Shown piece after piece: positions 54,286 through 63,520 of a stretch of DNA of 64,000 nt. The stretch is from contig DASZLD010000038.1 of assembly GCA_035552655.1 (NCBI GenBank), forward strand, positions 3,165 to 67,164, written 5' to 3'. Both the position numbers and the translations under genes were made by a program. Source of the stretch: Acidimicrobiales bacterium. GTDB lineage: Bacteria; Actinomycetota; Acidimicrobiia; Acidimicrobiales; RAAP-2. Below the pieces are notes generated by a model. That model was not told the DNA's origin, ran no database searches, and worked only from the letters and a program-made list of their open reading frames with translations. Every line of letters begins with the position of its first letter. The first letter of the stretch is position 1.

Positions 54286-54903
54286 ATGTCCCAGCAGCGT
54301 CATACCGGCGTCGACTCCGATGCGGTGCTGGACGCGGCCACATCGTGCTACCTCCGTTTCGGCGTGGCCAAGACCACGGCAGCAGACATCGCCCAGGCGG
54401 TGGGGATCTCCCGAGCCACGCTGTACCGTCGGTTCGGCAGCCACGAGGCGATCTTCCTGGCCGTCCTGGCCCGTGAGTCGGCCGCCATGGCCGTCGACGC
54501 CGACGTGCACCTGGCCTCGGTGCGGGACCCGGGCGAACGCATCCTCGAGGGCATGATGTTCGCCATCGGGGAGATCGGTCAACGACCGGTGCACGCCGCG
54601 GTGTTCGGCGGCGACTCGGCGGCGTGGGCGGCCACCCAGGCCATCCGCGTCGAGGCCCTCCGTCACATCGGTGAGGCCGGCGTCAGACCACTGCTGGCCT
54701 CCTCCCTGGCCGACGGCTCCGTATCGGAGCAGGACATGTCCGATCTCATCGACTGGATCCTGCGGATCCTCATCTCCTATGCCGCCGTGCCCGGCGACGG
54801 CGGCCGCCAGCCCGAGGAGATCCGCCGCCAGCTGGCCGCGTGGTTCCTGCCCGCATTTGCTGACAGGATCGGTGGCGCGAGTCATGCGTCTGTGAGACAC
54901 TGA
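54286..54903 (+). CDS. TetR family transcriptional regulator
   Basis: The HTH is LRFGVAKTTAADIAQAVGISRATLYRRFGSHEAIF. ATG at 54286 sits 5 nt after AAGGAG. The longer ORF from 54199 is less likely. Confidence 0.8.
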   Translation: MSQQRHTGVDSDAVLDAATSCYLRFGVAKTTAADIAQAVGISRATLYRRFGSHEAIFLAVLARESAAMAVDADVHLASVRDPGERILEGMMFAIGEIGQRPVHAAVFGGDSAAWAATQAIRVEALRHIGEAGVRPLLASSLADGSVSEQDMSDLIDWILRILISYAAVPGDGGRQPEEIRRQLAAWFLPAFADRIGGASHASVRH

Positions 54904-54938
54904 ACCTCAAACGTCTTACGTATCAGTAGGGGGGCAGC

Positions 54939-55973
54939 ATGAGGGCCTTGCAGGTGACCGAGCACGGTCGGCCGGGAGAGGTTCTGGCCGTTCGTACCAT
55001 CGAGCGACCCGAACCGAGTGCGGGCGAGGTACGGGTCAAGGTGGCGGCGGCATCGCTCAACTTCAACGACATCGACCGATGCCGCGGGAAGCTGGTGTCG
55101 GTCCCCACTCCTCCACCGTTCACCCTGGGCATGGATGTCTGCGGGGTGGTCGATGCGGCGGGCGAGGGTGCGGAGTCCTGGGTGGGCAAACGGGTGGTGG
55201 CCATCACCAACACCGCCCTGGGTGGCATCGCCGAGTACGCCCTCGCCTCTACCGTCTCGGTGTTCGATGCCCCCGAACAGTTCGACGATGTCGAGGCCAC
55301 CGCCTTTCTGCTCACCTTCCAGACCTCGCATCTGGCCCTGTTCCGCCGGGGCCGGCTCAGTGCCGGTGAGACCGTCGTGATCCATTCGGCCGCCAGCGGC
55401 CTGGGCACGGCCGGCATCCAGCTGGCCAAGGCGATCGGTGCCCGGGTCATCGCCGTGGCCGGAGGCCCGGAGAAGGGAGCGCTTTGCTCCTCACTGGGTG
55501 CCGACCTGGTCATCGACCACACCACCGAGGACTTCGTCGAGTCGGTACTGGCCGCCACCGGCGATGCCGGCGCCGATGTCGTCTACGACCTGGCCGGGGG
55601 TGACTTCGTCGAGCGATCCTGGCGCTGCACGGCGCACGGTGGCCGCTACCTGGCAGTGGGGTTCGCCGACGACGACGAGAACGGCATGACCGGCCGGCCC
55701 CTGCGCATGGCCTGCATCGGCAACATCGACATCGTGGGCGTGATGCTGGGCTGGTCGGAATCGGTCGATCCGGGCATGCGACGGTTCGGCTTCAACCCGT
55801 TCGGGCGAGCAGTGGGCGAGGAGGTCCACGCCGACCTCCTGCGCATGGCGGCCGAGGGAAGCATCCGCCCCTACGTGGGTCGGCGGGTGACCATGGAGGA
55901 GGCGGGGGCCGCTCTGGATGAGCACGAGGAGCGCCGTTCGCTGGGCCGCACCGTCGTCGAGGTGGCTCGTTGA
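54939..55973 (+). CDS. NADPH:quinone oxidoreductase / zinc-type alcohol dehydrogenase superfamily (MDR) protein
   Basis: Contains MRALQVTEHGRPGEVL, NFNDI and the Rossmann motif AASGLGTAGIQLAK. Confidence 0.85.
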   Translation: MRALQVTEHGRPGEVLAVRTIERPEPSAGEVRVKVAAASLNFNDIDRCRGKLVSVPTPPPFTLGMDVCGVVDAAGEGAESWVGKRVVAITNTALGGIAEYALASTVSVFDAPEQFDDVEATAFLLTFQTSHLALFRRGRLSAGETVVIHSAASGLGTAGIQLAKAIGARVIAVAGGPEKGALCSSLGADLVIDHTTEDFVESVLAATGDAGADVVYDLAGGDFVERSWRCTAHGGRYLAVGFADDDENGMTGRPLRMACIGNIDIVGVMLGWSESVDPGMRRFGFNPFGRAVGEEVHADLLRMAAEGSIRPYVGRRVTMEEAGAALDEHEERRSLGRTVVEVAR

Positions 55974-57235
55974 CCGACGTCAGCTACACCTGGCGCGACT
56001 CGGAGCTGCGCAGCCCGCCGCTGCGCGCCCTCAACCAGGTCGGGGCTCGGCTGTCCCGGTTCGGGGTCACGCTCCCGTCGCTGGAGCCGTCGTCGGTGGT
56101 GGCGGCAGCGGTGAAGGCGGCCGGTTCCACCGATCTGGGCAGTGACAGCTATCGGGAGCCGCTCGAGGTGTTCCTCGAGTCCTGTGGCCGCGAAGCCGAC
56201 CTGACCACATTCGGTCGACTGCTGATCGCCAAGATGACGGCCTCGGCTCTGGCCAACCGCATCGCTCTCCATCGATGGTCGTTGGACCATCCCGAGGTGC
56301 ACTCCGAACGGATCGATAGCCCCTGGGTCATCGTCGGGCTGCCTCGCACCGGTACCAGCGTGTTGTCCATGTTGCTGGGCCTCGATCCCATGGCCCGACC
56401 ACTGCTCCAGTGGGAAGCGGCCCACCCCATCCCCCCACCGACTTTGGAAGAGTCGGCTGAGGATCCCCGCATCGCCCAGACGGCCAAGGAGCTGGACGGG
56501 CTGATGAAACTCAACCCTCCCCTCAAGGCCATGCATCCTTTTGGAGCCACCCTGGCCCAGGAATGCGTGTCGCTGTTCTTGTACGATATGCGCACGCTGG
56601 CCCTCGAGATCCAGGCCCATGTGCCCACGTACGCCCGTTGGCTCGAGAGCGCCGACATGGCGCCGGCCTACGCCCAGCACCGGTTGGCCCTCCAGACCCT
56701 GCAGTCCCGCCAGCCCACCGACCGGTGGATCCTGAAGACCCCCAATCACTTGTGGCATCTCGAGGCCCTGCTCGCCGCCTATCCCGACGCCCGCATCATC
56801 TGGACCCATCGGGACCCGGGACCGGTCATCACCTCGCTGGCCAGCCTGGCCAACGCCGGGCAACGGCCCCTGACCTCCCGCACCGACCCGCGGCCCACCG
56901 CCGAAGAGTGGAAGCGGAAGTGCGCCTTCGCCCTGGGCTCGGCCGTGGCCTTCGACGAGAAATCGGAGCCGGGGTGGTGCCAACACCTCCACTACGAATC
57001 GCTCATGGACGATCCGTTGGAGACGGTCCGTGGCCTCTACAAGCACTTCGGCAGCGAGGTCAGCGACCTCCACGCCCGACGGATGGAGGCCTTCCTCGAG
57101 CACCGGCCCAAGGACGCCTTCGGCCATCATCGCTACGACCCGGCCGATTTCGGGTGGACCTACGAGGGGCTGGCCGAGGAGTTCCGCGACTACACCGATC
57201 GCTACCACGTTCGCTCCGAGGTCCGCGCCGATTGA
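55970..57235 (+). CDS. Sulfotransferase family protein (PAPS-dependent, mycobacterial Stf-like architecture)
   Basis: Has the 5'-PSB loop GLPRTGTSVLSMLL and the downstream pattern LKTPNHLWHLEAL....PDARIIWTHRDP. The TTG start forms a TTGA overlap with the oxidoreductase stop. Confidence 0.8.
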   Translation: MTDVSYTWRDSELRSPPLRALNQVGARLSRFGVTLPSLEPSSVVAAAVKAAGSTDLGSDSYREPLEVFLESCGREADLTTFGRLLIAKMTASALANRIALHRWSLDHPEVHSERIDSPWVIVGLPRTGTSVLSMLLGLDPMARPLLQWEAAHPIPPPTLEESAEDPRIAQTAKELDGLMKLNPPLKAMHPFGATLAQECVSLFLYDMRTLALEIQAHVPTYARWLESADMAPAYAQHRLALQTLQSRQPTDRWILKTPNHLWHLEALLAAYPDARIIWTHRDPGPVITSLASLANAGQRPLTSRTDPRPTAEEWKRKCAFALGSAVAFDEKSEPGWCQHLHYESLMDDPLETVRGLYKHFGSEVSDLHARRMEAFLEHRPKDAFGHHRYDPADFGWTYEGLAEEFRDYTDRYHVRSEVRAD

Positions 57236-57249
57236 GATGTAGGAAACGT

Positions 57250-57272
57250 TCACCCGGCGCGTAACCGGGTGA
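57250..57272 (+). terminator. Hairpin downstream of the sulfotransferase gene (putative terminator)
   Basis: TCACCCGG-cgcgtaa-CCGGGTGA forms an 8-bp stem 15 nt after the stop at 57235. There is no T-tract. Confidence 0.4.
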
Positions 57273-57288
57273 CACAAAAGGGGGGGTA

Positions 57289-58551
57289 ATGAGGTATTTC
57301 AGTTCCAGGATGGGGAGATGCGGTCTGGCTCTGGTCATCGGGGCCGGGGCCGTGGTCGCCGGTACCGGGGGAGGATCGAACGTCGCCTCGGCGGCGCCGC
57401 CCACGCCGGGCATCACGGCCAAGACGGTGACCGTCGGCTCCATCAGCGACATCTCGTCCCCGGTCCCCGGTCTGTTCGAGGGGGCCAAGATCGGGACCGA
57501 GGCCTACTTCGCCTACATCAACAGCCAGGGCGGGGTCAACGGACGCAAGCTGGTGCTCGACGGCCGGGACAGCGCCTTCTCGTCGGGAACGATTGCCAAC
57601 GAAACGCAGAGCATCGCCAAGAACGACTTCGCCATCGTCGGAGGGTTCTCGCTCCTCGACAACGCCGAACAGCCGATCATCGACGCCAACAAGCTCCCCA
57701 TTATCACCGAGGTGCTGAATCCGAGCATGTACACCGATCCCAACCTGTACTCGGCCGCCCCGGCGGTCAACGGGGGGAACATCACCGGGCCCTACAAGTG
57801 GCTCAAGTCGAAGTACCCCGCCGCGGTCAAGGCGCTCGGGATGATCGGCGACAACACCACCGCGTCGGTGTTGGCGGCCGAGAAGACCGATCGGGCCCTG
57901 ACCGAGAGCCTGGGCTACAAGTGGGTGTACTCCCGGGACGCCGGCTACACCGAGACCACGTTTCTGCCCGACATCATCAAGATGAAGAACGTGGGGGTGA
58001 AGTTGGTCTTCCTGCCCACCCAGATCGGTACCTACATCGCCACCATCGCTCAGGAGATGAAGCAGCAGAACCTCGACGCCCTGGTGCTGAGCGGGGCCAA
58101 CGCCTATGAGAGTGACTTCAAGCCCGGTTCGGCCGGCAACGGCACCCTGTTCACGGGGACGACCGCCCTGTACCGGGGCGAGGATGCCAAGACGGTCCCG
58201 GCGGTGGCCCTGTTCGACAAGTGGGTCAAGAAGGTGGACCCCCAGACCCAGCTCGATGTCTACACCGTCGACGCTTGGATGAACGCGGAGCTGTTCGTCC
58301 AGGCCCTCAAGGCGGCCGGGCCCAATCCCACCCGGGGCAGCCTTGACGCCCAGCTGGACAAGGTCACGTCGTTCAACGCCGACGGCCTGGAGTCCACCCA
58401 GAACCCAGCCCAGAAGATCCCCGGCCAGTGCTGGCTCGTGGCCCAGTACGAGAACGGGAAGTGGAGCCGCATCAGCCCGGATCCCAAGACCGGTTTCGTC
58501 TGCAATCCCAAGGGCTTCTTCCCCACCAGCTACAAGGGCATCTCCCGCTGA
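57289..58551 (+). CDS. ABC transporter substrate-binding protein (branched-chain amino acid/LivJ-like, type I PBP)
   Basis: Has a signal peptide, then GSISD.S.PVPGLF.G...G..AYF.YINSQGGVNGRKL. No permease or ATPase gene is adjacent. Confidence 0.85.
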   Translation: MRYFSSRMGRCGLALVIGAGAVVAGTGGGSNVASAAPPTPGITAKTVTVGSISDISSPVPGLFEGAKIGTEAYFAYINSQGGVNGRKLVLDGRDSAFSSGTIANETQSIAKNDFAIVGGFSLLDNAEQPIIDANKLPIITEVLNPSMYTDPNLYSAAPAVNGGNITGPYKWLKSKYPAAVKALGMIGDNTTASVLAAEKTDRALTESLGYKWVYSRDAGYTETTFLPDIIKMKNVGVKLVFLPTQIGTYIATIAQEMKQQNLDALVLSGANAYESDFKPGSAGNGTLFTGTTALYRGEDAKTVPAVALFDKWVKKVDPQTQLDVYTVDAWMNAELFVQALKAAGPNPTRGSLDAQLDKVTSFNADGLESTQNPAQKIPGQCWLVAQYENGKWSRISPDPKTGFVCNPKGFFPTSYKGISR

Positions 58552-58557
58552 TTGACG

Positions 58558-58588
58558 CTCCCCTGGCCAGGTCGCCTGGTCAGGGGAG
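58558..58588. terminator. Compound hairpin between convergent genes (putative bidirectional terminator)
   Basis: CTCCCCTG-g-CCAGG-tcg-CCTGG-t-CAGGGGAG forms a 13-bp interrupted stem between stops at 58551 (+) and 58612 (-). Confidence 0.5.
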
Positions 58589-58611
58589 CCGGTCGGTGGC
58601 CCTCGCCCGGC

Positions 58612-59922
58612 TCAGGCCAGCGCCACAGTGGGATTGGGGCAGGCCACCGGTGGAGTCGGTGGCTCGAAGGCAGGCAGGGTGATGGCCTTGCGGCGGGTGG
58701 TGAAGTCGAGGGCATCGGCCAGGTTCTTGGCATTGGCGTCGCGGGCGGTCATCGGCTGCAGCCCCCACCGCCACTCGATCATGCTCAGCACCGAGCAGTG
58801 TTCGTAAGGACCGGCCTTCTCCACCTTCTTGGGGGCGAACGGCCCCATGGCGACGGCCGGAACCCGGAAGCCCAGTCGTGAGTAGTTGGGGTGCGGCCCG
58901 GGGTTGGGGTTCACGTTGTTGTCCTTGACCAACGTGGGGGCCACGTGGTCGTAGAACCCACCGTGCTCGTCGAAGTTGAGGACGAACACGGTGCGGTCCC
59001 ACTGGGGGCTGGCCTTGAGGGCGTCGTGGACGTCGCGCAGGTAGCCCTCGCCGGCCTCGATGTTGCCGTGGGGGTGATAGTCGTTGGAGATGCCGGTGAA
59101 CTCCGAGATAGTGGTGTAATCGGGATCGATGAACGTGACGTTGGGGAGGGTTCCCGCCTTGGCCTGGGTGAAGAACTGGTCCTTGGGATAGGTGATGGAG
59201 TCGTACTTCTTGGACGCGTAGAGCTCGGTCATCGGCTCGCCCCAGGTGTAGTAGCCCGCCGTGAGTCCGGCCGCTTGGGTCCGATCGAAGATGGCCAGGT
59301 CGAGGTCACATGGGCGCTTACCGTCGGGGCCGGGGAAGAACCCGGTCTCGTCCACGTCGGTGGCCGCACTCAACTGGTAGAACCGATTCGGCCAGGTGGC
59401 GGCCATGAGCGAGCAGTGGTAGTTGTCGAACAACGTGTAGTTGCTGGCCAATGCGCCCAGGATGGGGACCTGGGCCTTCTCGTAGTACCCGATGGGGAAA
59501 TGGTCACCGGTGGTCTGGGTCTGGAGCCAGCCATTGCACTTGCCGTTGTTGTACTGCTTGGCCACCGATTGCCAATCATGGGCGGGGTCCTTGTCCCCGC
59601 AGGCCTGGGTGTTGTCCCCTAATGCCGCAGTACGGGCCGGCTTCCCCTGCAGATCCGGGTACTTCAGCCCGGCTTGCTTGCCGTTCACCCCGGGCATCCA
59701 GCCCAGCAGATGGTCGAACGACCGGTTCTCCATCATCAACACGACGACGGTGTCAAAGGGCGCCTTCTTGGGATCGGTGATCCCCCCGGTACGCACGGAC
59801 TTCTTGGCCTTGGCCGGTGTCTTGGTGGCGGCGCCGGCCGATGGCGTGGTCGCGCCAAAGGCGGCGAGCGCCCCCGCTCCCGTGGCTGCCGTCAAGAACT
59901 GACGACGAGTGATGTGCACCAT
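58612..59922 (-). CDS. Tat-exported phosphoesterase family protein (phospholipase C / acid phosphatase AcpA-like)
   Basis: The twin-arginine signal is TRRQFLTAATGAGALAAFG. The phosphoesterase motif is VVVLMMENRSFDHLLG. I chose ATG at 59922 because it follows GGGGGGA. Confidence 0.8.
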   Translation of the reverse strand: MVHITRRQFLTAATGAGALAAFGATTPSAGAATKTPAKAKKSVRTGGITDPKKAPFDTVVVLMMENRSFDHLLGWMPGVNGKQAGLKYPDLQGKPARTAALGDNTQACGDKDPAHDWQSVAKQYNNGKCNGWLQTQTTGDHFPIGYYEKAQVPILGALASNYTLFDNYHCSLMAATWPNRFYQLSAATDVDETGFFPGPDGKRPCDLDLAIFDRTQAAGLTAGYYTWGEPMTELYASKKYDSITYPKDQFFTQAKAGTLPNVTFIDPDYTTISEFTGISNDYHPHGNIEAGEGYLRDVHDALKASPQWDRTVFVLNFDEHGGFYDHVAPTLVKDNNVNPNPGPHPNYSRLGFRVPAVAMGPFAPKKVEKAGPYEHCSVLSMIEWRWGLQPMTARDANAKNLADALDFTTRRKAITLPAFEPPTPPVACPNPTVALA

Positions 59923-60113
59923 GATTCCCCCCTGGGACCCCATTCGCCCATGTGGGCTGGGGTAACCGTACTACCGATGGCATGGAATTCGGGGAAGTGG
60001 GTACAGCGGACCTGGGTGGAGCTTCTGGATCCTGGAACATGACCCGACAATTCGGTGTTGAACCACCCAGAGGAGGAATCCCGACACCGAACCGAGCACG
60101 TGGAGGGAGATAC

Positions 60114-60536
60114 ATGATGGAGCAGGGAAACTCAGAGCAGGGCAATACAGAGCACACCGATACCGACCCGACCACCACCGAGCAGGTTGATACCGAACAG
60201 TCAGATGCCGTCGAGACGGTGGCCCAGGATCGGACCCCGACTCCTGGCGATCTCCTCCGCTCGCTTCCCATCGAAGCGGAGACCAGGGGAACGCGCTACG
60301 TGTCGGCTCAGGCCATGCAGGCCAGGCTGTTCTCGGTCTACGACGCGGCGGCCGCGGCCGAAGAGGCCCTGGCCATGGTGCAGCAGCAGCTGACGTTGAC
60401 GCTGAACCGCAGCTACTACGAGGCCGATGAGATCAAGAGCTTGGCCGCGCAACTGGATTCGCTCCTGGCCCTGGACTCCGTGGACCTGACCGACGCCCTG
60501 GATCTCAACGAGGGCGACCTGGTCTCCGAGGAGTAG
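60114..60536 (+). CDS. Hypothetical acidic protein (140 aa)
   Basis: ATG at 60114 follows GGAGGGA. The N-terminus is low-complexity and Glu/Thr/Asp-rich (EQGNSEQGNTEHTDTDPTTTEQVDTEQ). The C-terminal half is predicted helical. No family was recognised. Confidence 0.5.
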   Translation: MMEQGNSEQGNTEHTDTDPTTTEQVDTEQSDAVETVAQDRTPTPGDLLRSLPIEAETRGTRYVSAQAMQARLFSVYDAAAAAEEALAMVQQQLTLTLNRSYYEADEIKSLAAQLDSLLALDSVDLTDALDLNEGDLVSEE

Positions 60537-60572
60537 GAAAGCTCGGCCCGGCGCGTGCCGAGTGGGCTCGGG

Positions 60573-61475
60573 TCAGGACCCCCCGAGGATCTCAACCAGC
60601 TTCTGGATCTCGCCGCTCGAATCCTCAGGAACGATGTAGCCCTTCTCGTCGCGGATCTCGCTCCAGTGGTCGCGCACGTCCTCCACGGTGAGCTCGGCGT
60701 TGTAGTAGCCGGGAGTCAACCCGATGAAGAAGCGGGCGACCACGCCGCCGGCGGCCGAGTACACCTCGCCGCTGACGTCGACCTCGTCGGAGGCCAGCCA
60801 ACAGACCAGGGGGGTGACCAGCTTGGGATCGAGTTTCTCCCCCATGCCGGCTCCGAAGAGCTCCTCGGTCATGCGGGTGAAGGCCACTGGAGCGATGGCA
60901 TTGGCCTTGATGTTGTACCTGCGCCCCTCGATGGCCAGGACCCGGGTGAGCCCGACCAGACCCATCTTGGCTGCCCCGTAGTTTGCCTGGCCGAAGTTGC
61001 CCAGGATGCCGGAGTTGGACGACGTGTTGATGATTCGTCCGTACCCCTTTTCCCGCATGTGGACATAGGCAGGCTGGGTGACGTTGAATGCGCCCCGCAG
61101 GTGGACATCGAGGACGGCGTTGACGAGGTCGGGGGTCATGTTGTGAAAGGACTTGTCCCGCAGGATGCCGGCGTTGTTGACCAGGATGTCGACGCCACCG
61201 AAGGCATCGAGAGCAGTCTGCACGATGGCCTGGCCCCCCTCGGTGGTGGCCACACTGTTGAGGTCGGGCACCGCTTCGCCGCCCAGGGCCTCGATCTCCT
61301 TGGCCGTGGTGTGAGCTGGACCTTCACCCCCACCTTCCCCGCTGACCGAGCCGCCAAGGTCGTTCACAACGATCCGAGCGCCACGTCGTGCCAGCTCAAG
61401 GGCGTGCTCACGGCCCAATCCGCCTCCCGCGCCGGTGACGATCGCCACTTTTCCGTCGTACCCGATCTCTGCCAT
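60573..61475 (-). CDS. SDR, MFE-2/HSD17B4 N-terminal-like 3-hydroxyacyl-CoA dehydrogenase
   Basis: Has VTGAGGGLGR, ILVNNAGILRD and YGAAKMGLVGL, with a C-terminal extension typical of the MFE-2-like subgroup. Confidence 0.85.
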   Translation of the reverse strand: MAEIGYDGKVAIVTGAGGGLGREHALELARRGARIVVNDLGGSVSGEGGGEGPAHTTAKEIEALGGEAVPDLNSVATTEGGQAIVQTALDAFGGVDILVNNAGILRDKSFHNMTPDLVNAVLDVHLRGAFNVTQPAYVHMREKGYGRIINTSSNSGILGNFGQANYGAAKMGLVGLTRVLAIEGRRYNIKANAIAPVAFTRMTEELFGAGMGEKLDPKLVTPLVCWLASDEVDVSGEVYSAAGGVVARFFIGLTPGYYNAELTVEDVRDHWSEIRDEKGYIVPEDSSGEIQKLVEILGGS

Positions 61476-61739
61476 GACACACCCTTCGTCGAACGTCTTG
61501 GACTCGGGGCGGATGTTAACCGGTACGAAACAACTACTTCGGCGCCGACTGGCGCCGGGTCCGATGATTCCCGGTCGATGCCGGGTTCACCGCCAAGTAG
61601 CTCGGTCCACATCGATACCAGCCACGACCGGGCTCGAGGTGGGCCCCATCTTCCACCATCGGGCACAATTTGGCCGGACGGCGCGTTGTAGGGATGCAGG
61701 CCGTAGCGGGCCAGTGGCCATGCCCGGAGAAAGGGGTCA

Positions 61740-62672
61740 GTGATGACCAGACAGGGTCGAGCAGTCAGATTCGACGAGTACGGCGGGCTGGATGTCCTGG
61801 ACATCGCCCAGGTCGACGTGCCCGATCCTCCGCCCGGTGAGGTCCTGGTTGCAGTCAGGGCTGCCGGCACCAACCCCGGAGAGGCCTCGATCCGCCAGGG
61901 CTTCCTGGACACCCGGTTCCCGGCCACCTTCCCGTCGGGCCAGGGCACCGACCTGGCCGGTGTGATCGACCAGGTGGGCGAGGGCGTCGACCGGTTCGCC
62001 GTCGGCGACGAGGTCCTGGGGTGGACCGACCGGCGGGCGAGCCAAGCCCAGTACGTCCCCGTACCCGCCGACCACCTGGTAGCCAAGCCGGCCTCGGTGG
62101 ACTGGGCGGAGGCCGGGTCTCTGTTCGTCGCCGGCGTGACCGCCTACGCCGCCGTGCGCGCCGTCGGGGCTGGTCCCGGCGACACGGTCGTCGTGTCGGC
62201 CGCAGCCGGTGGTGTCGGATCGATCACCGTGCAGCTACTCAAGGTCCGGGGAGCAACGGTCATCGGCATCGCCTCGGAACCCCACCATTCCTGGCTGTCC
62301 TCCATCGGGGTCACGCCCGTGGCCTACGGCGAAGGCCTCATCGAGCGCATCCGGGCTGCTGCCCCCTCGGGCGTGGACGCCTTCATCGACACGTTCGGAC
62401 CGGACTACGTCAAGCTGGCCATCGACCTCGGCGTGCAGCCCGAACGCGTGGATACCGTCATCGCCTTCGAGGCGGCCGAGGAGTTCGGGGTGAAGACGGA
62501 TGGCAGCTCGAGCGCCTCGAGCAGTGATGTATTGGCCGAAATGGTCGACCTGGTGGCATCGGGTCGGATCACCATCCCCATCGCCGCCACCTACCCGCTC
62601 GATCAGGTCCGAGCGGCCTATACCGAGCTGGAGAAGCGGCATACACAGGGCAAGATCGTCCTCATCCCCTAA
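61740..62672 (+). CDS. NADP-dependent quinone oxidoreductase (MDR superfamily)
   Basis: Contains VPDPPPGEVLVAVRAAGTNPGE and AAGGVGSITVQLLK. GTG start. Confidence 0.85.
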   Translation: MMTRQGRAVRFDEYGGLDVLDIAQVDVPDPPPGEVLVAVRAAGTNPGEASIRQGFLDTRFPATFPSGQGTDLAGVIDQVGEGVDRFAVGDEVLGWTDRRASQAQYVPVPADHLVAKPASVDWAEAGSLFVAGVTAYAAVRAVGAGPGDTVVVSAAAGGVGSITVQLLKVRGATVIGIASEPHHSWLSSIGVTPVAYGEGLIERIRAAAPSGVDAFIDTFGPDYVKLAIDLGVQPERVDTVIAFEAAEEFGVKTDGSSSASSSDVLAEMVDLVASGRITIPIAATYPLDQVRAAYTELEKRHTQGKIVLIP

Positions 62673-62700
62673 GCCGTTTGGGCTGCCCACACGAGCACGC

Positions 62701-63258
62701 TCAGAGTTGCTCGATCCATTCACTGACACTGAGCACCGATGCCTGTCGGGGGAACACCTTGTCCAGCAGGACCCGATGGACTTCGGGATCGGCGTCTGCG
62801 CACCCGTCGTGAAGAACGGTCAGCTGGTAGTCCAAGTCGGCCGCCTGGCGGAGCGTGGACAGCACCACACCACTGGTGGCGATCCCGGTCAGCACCAGCG
62901 AGTCGACCTCCAGGGATCTCAGCACCACATCGAGGTCGCTACCGGTAAACGCGCTCACCCGCTTCTTCACCACCACGATGTCGTCGGGGCCCGGGGCCAC
63001 GGCGGGGTAGATCTGGGTGGCCGGGTCGTCCAGGCCCATCCCCCCAGCACTGCCGATGGCCGAGAAGCTCTTGTTCTTCGGGCTGATCTCGGCCCCGCCG
63101 GGGCGGAAGGCCACGCGGACGTAGATCACCGGAACACCGGCGCGGCGAGCCGCCGACGTGGTGCGGTCCAACGCGGCCAGTAGCGACTCGGAGCCATCGG
63201 GAACGCGATCGACGATGCCGTTTTGGATGTCCATCACCAACAGAGCGGAGTGTGCCAT
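62701..63258 (-). CDS. Isochorismatase-family cysteine hydrolase
   Basis: Contains ALLVMDIQNG, VKKRVSAFTGSDLD and LVLTGIATSGVVLST (catalytic Cys position replaced context). I chose ATG at 63258 because the longer ORF is spurious. Confidence 0.85.
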   Translation of the reverse strand: MAHSALLVMDIQNGIVDRVPDGSESLLAALDRTTSAARRAGVPVIYVRVAFRPGGAEISPKNKSFSAIGSAGGMGLDDPATQIYPAVAPGPDDIVVVKKRVSAFTGSDLDVVLRSLEVDSLVLTGIATSGVVLSTLRQAADLDYQLTVLHDGCADADPEVHRVLLDKVFPRQASVLSVSEWIEQL

Positions 63259-63520
63259 GGGTCCATCATGGCTGGTGGCCACGAAGGTCACCACTTCCCG
63301 CCGGTCCGAACAGGCGCTGGACCGCCGAACTCCACTTCGCCCTCCGACGGTCATTCGTCGATATGGTGACACCGTCCCACCGACGACAACCTGGAGTCCG
63401 TGCACGCGCTCTGATCCGATCACATCATCGGAACTCGTTCGGCCCGCTCCCGAGAATCGAGCATCGCATGAGGCACCACCCGGCTCGTTGCCATCGGACC
63501 TGAGCGGGACGTCGCTTCCG

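Noticed and set aside
59944-60113. Possible PhoP (PHO-box) direct repeats upstream of the Tat-exported phosphoesterase (GTTCAACACCG-like units).
   Set aside because: Only one unit loosely matches the 11-nt GKTCAYYYRSG consensus, and no adjacent second unit is present. The evidence is insufficient.
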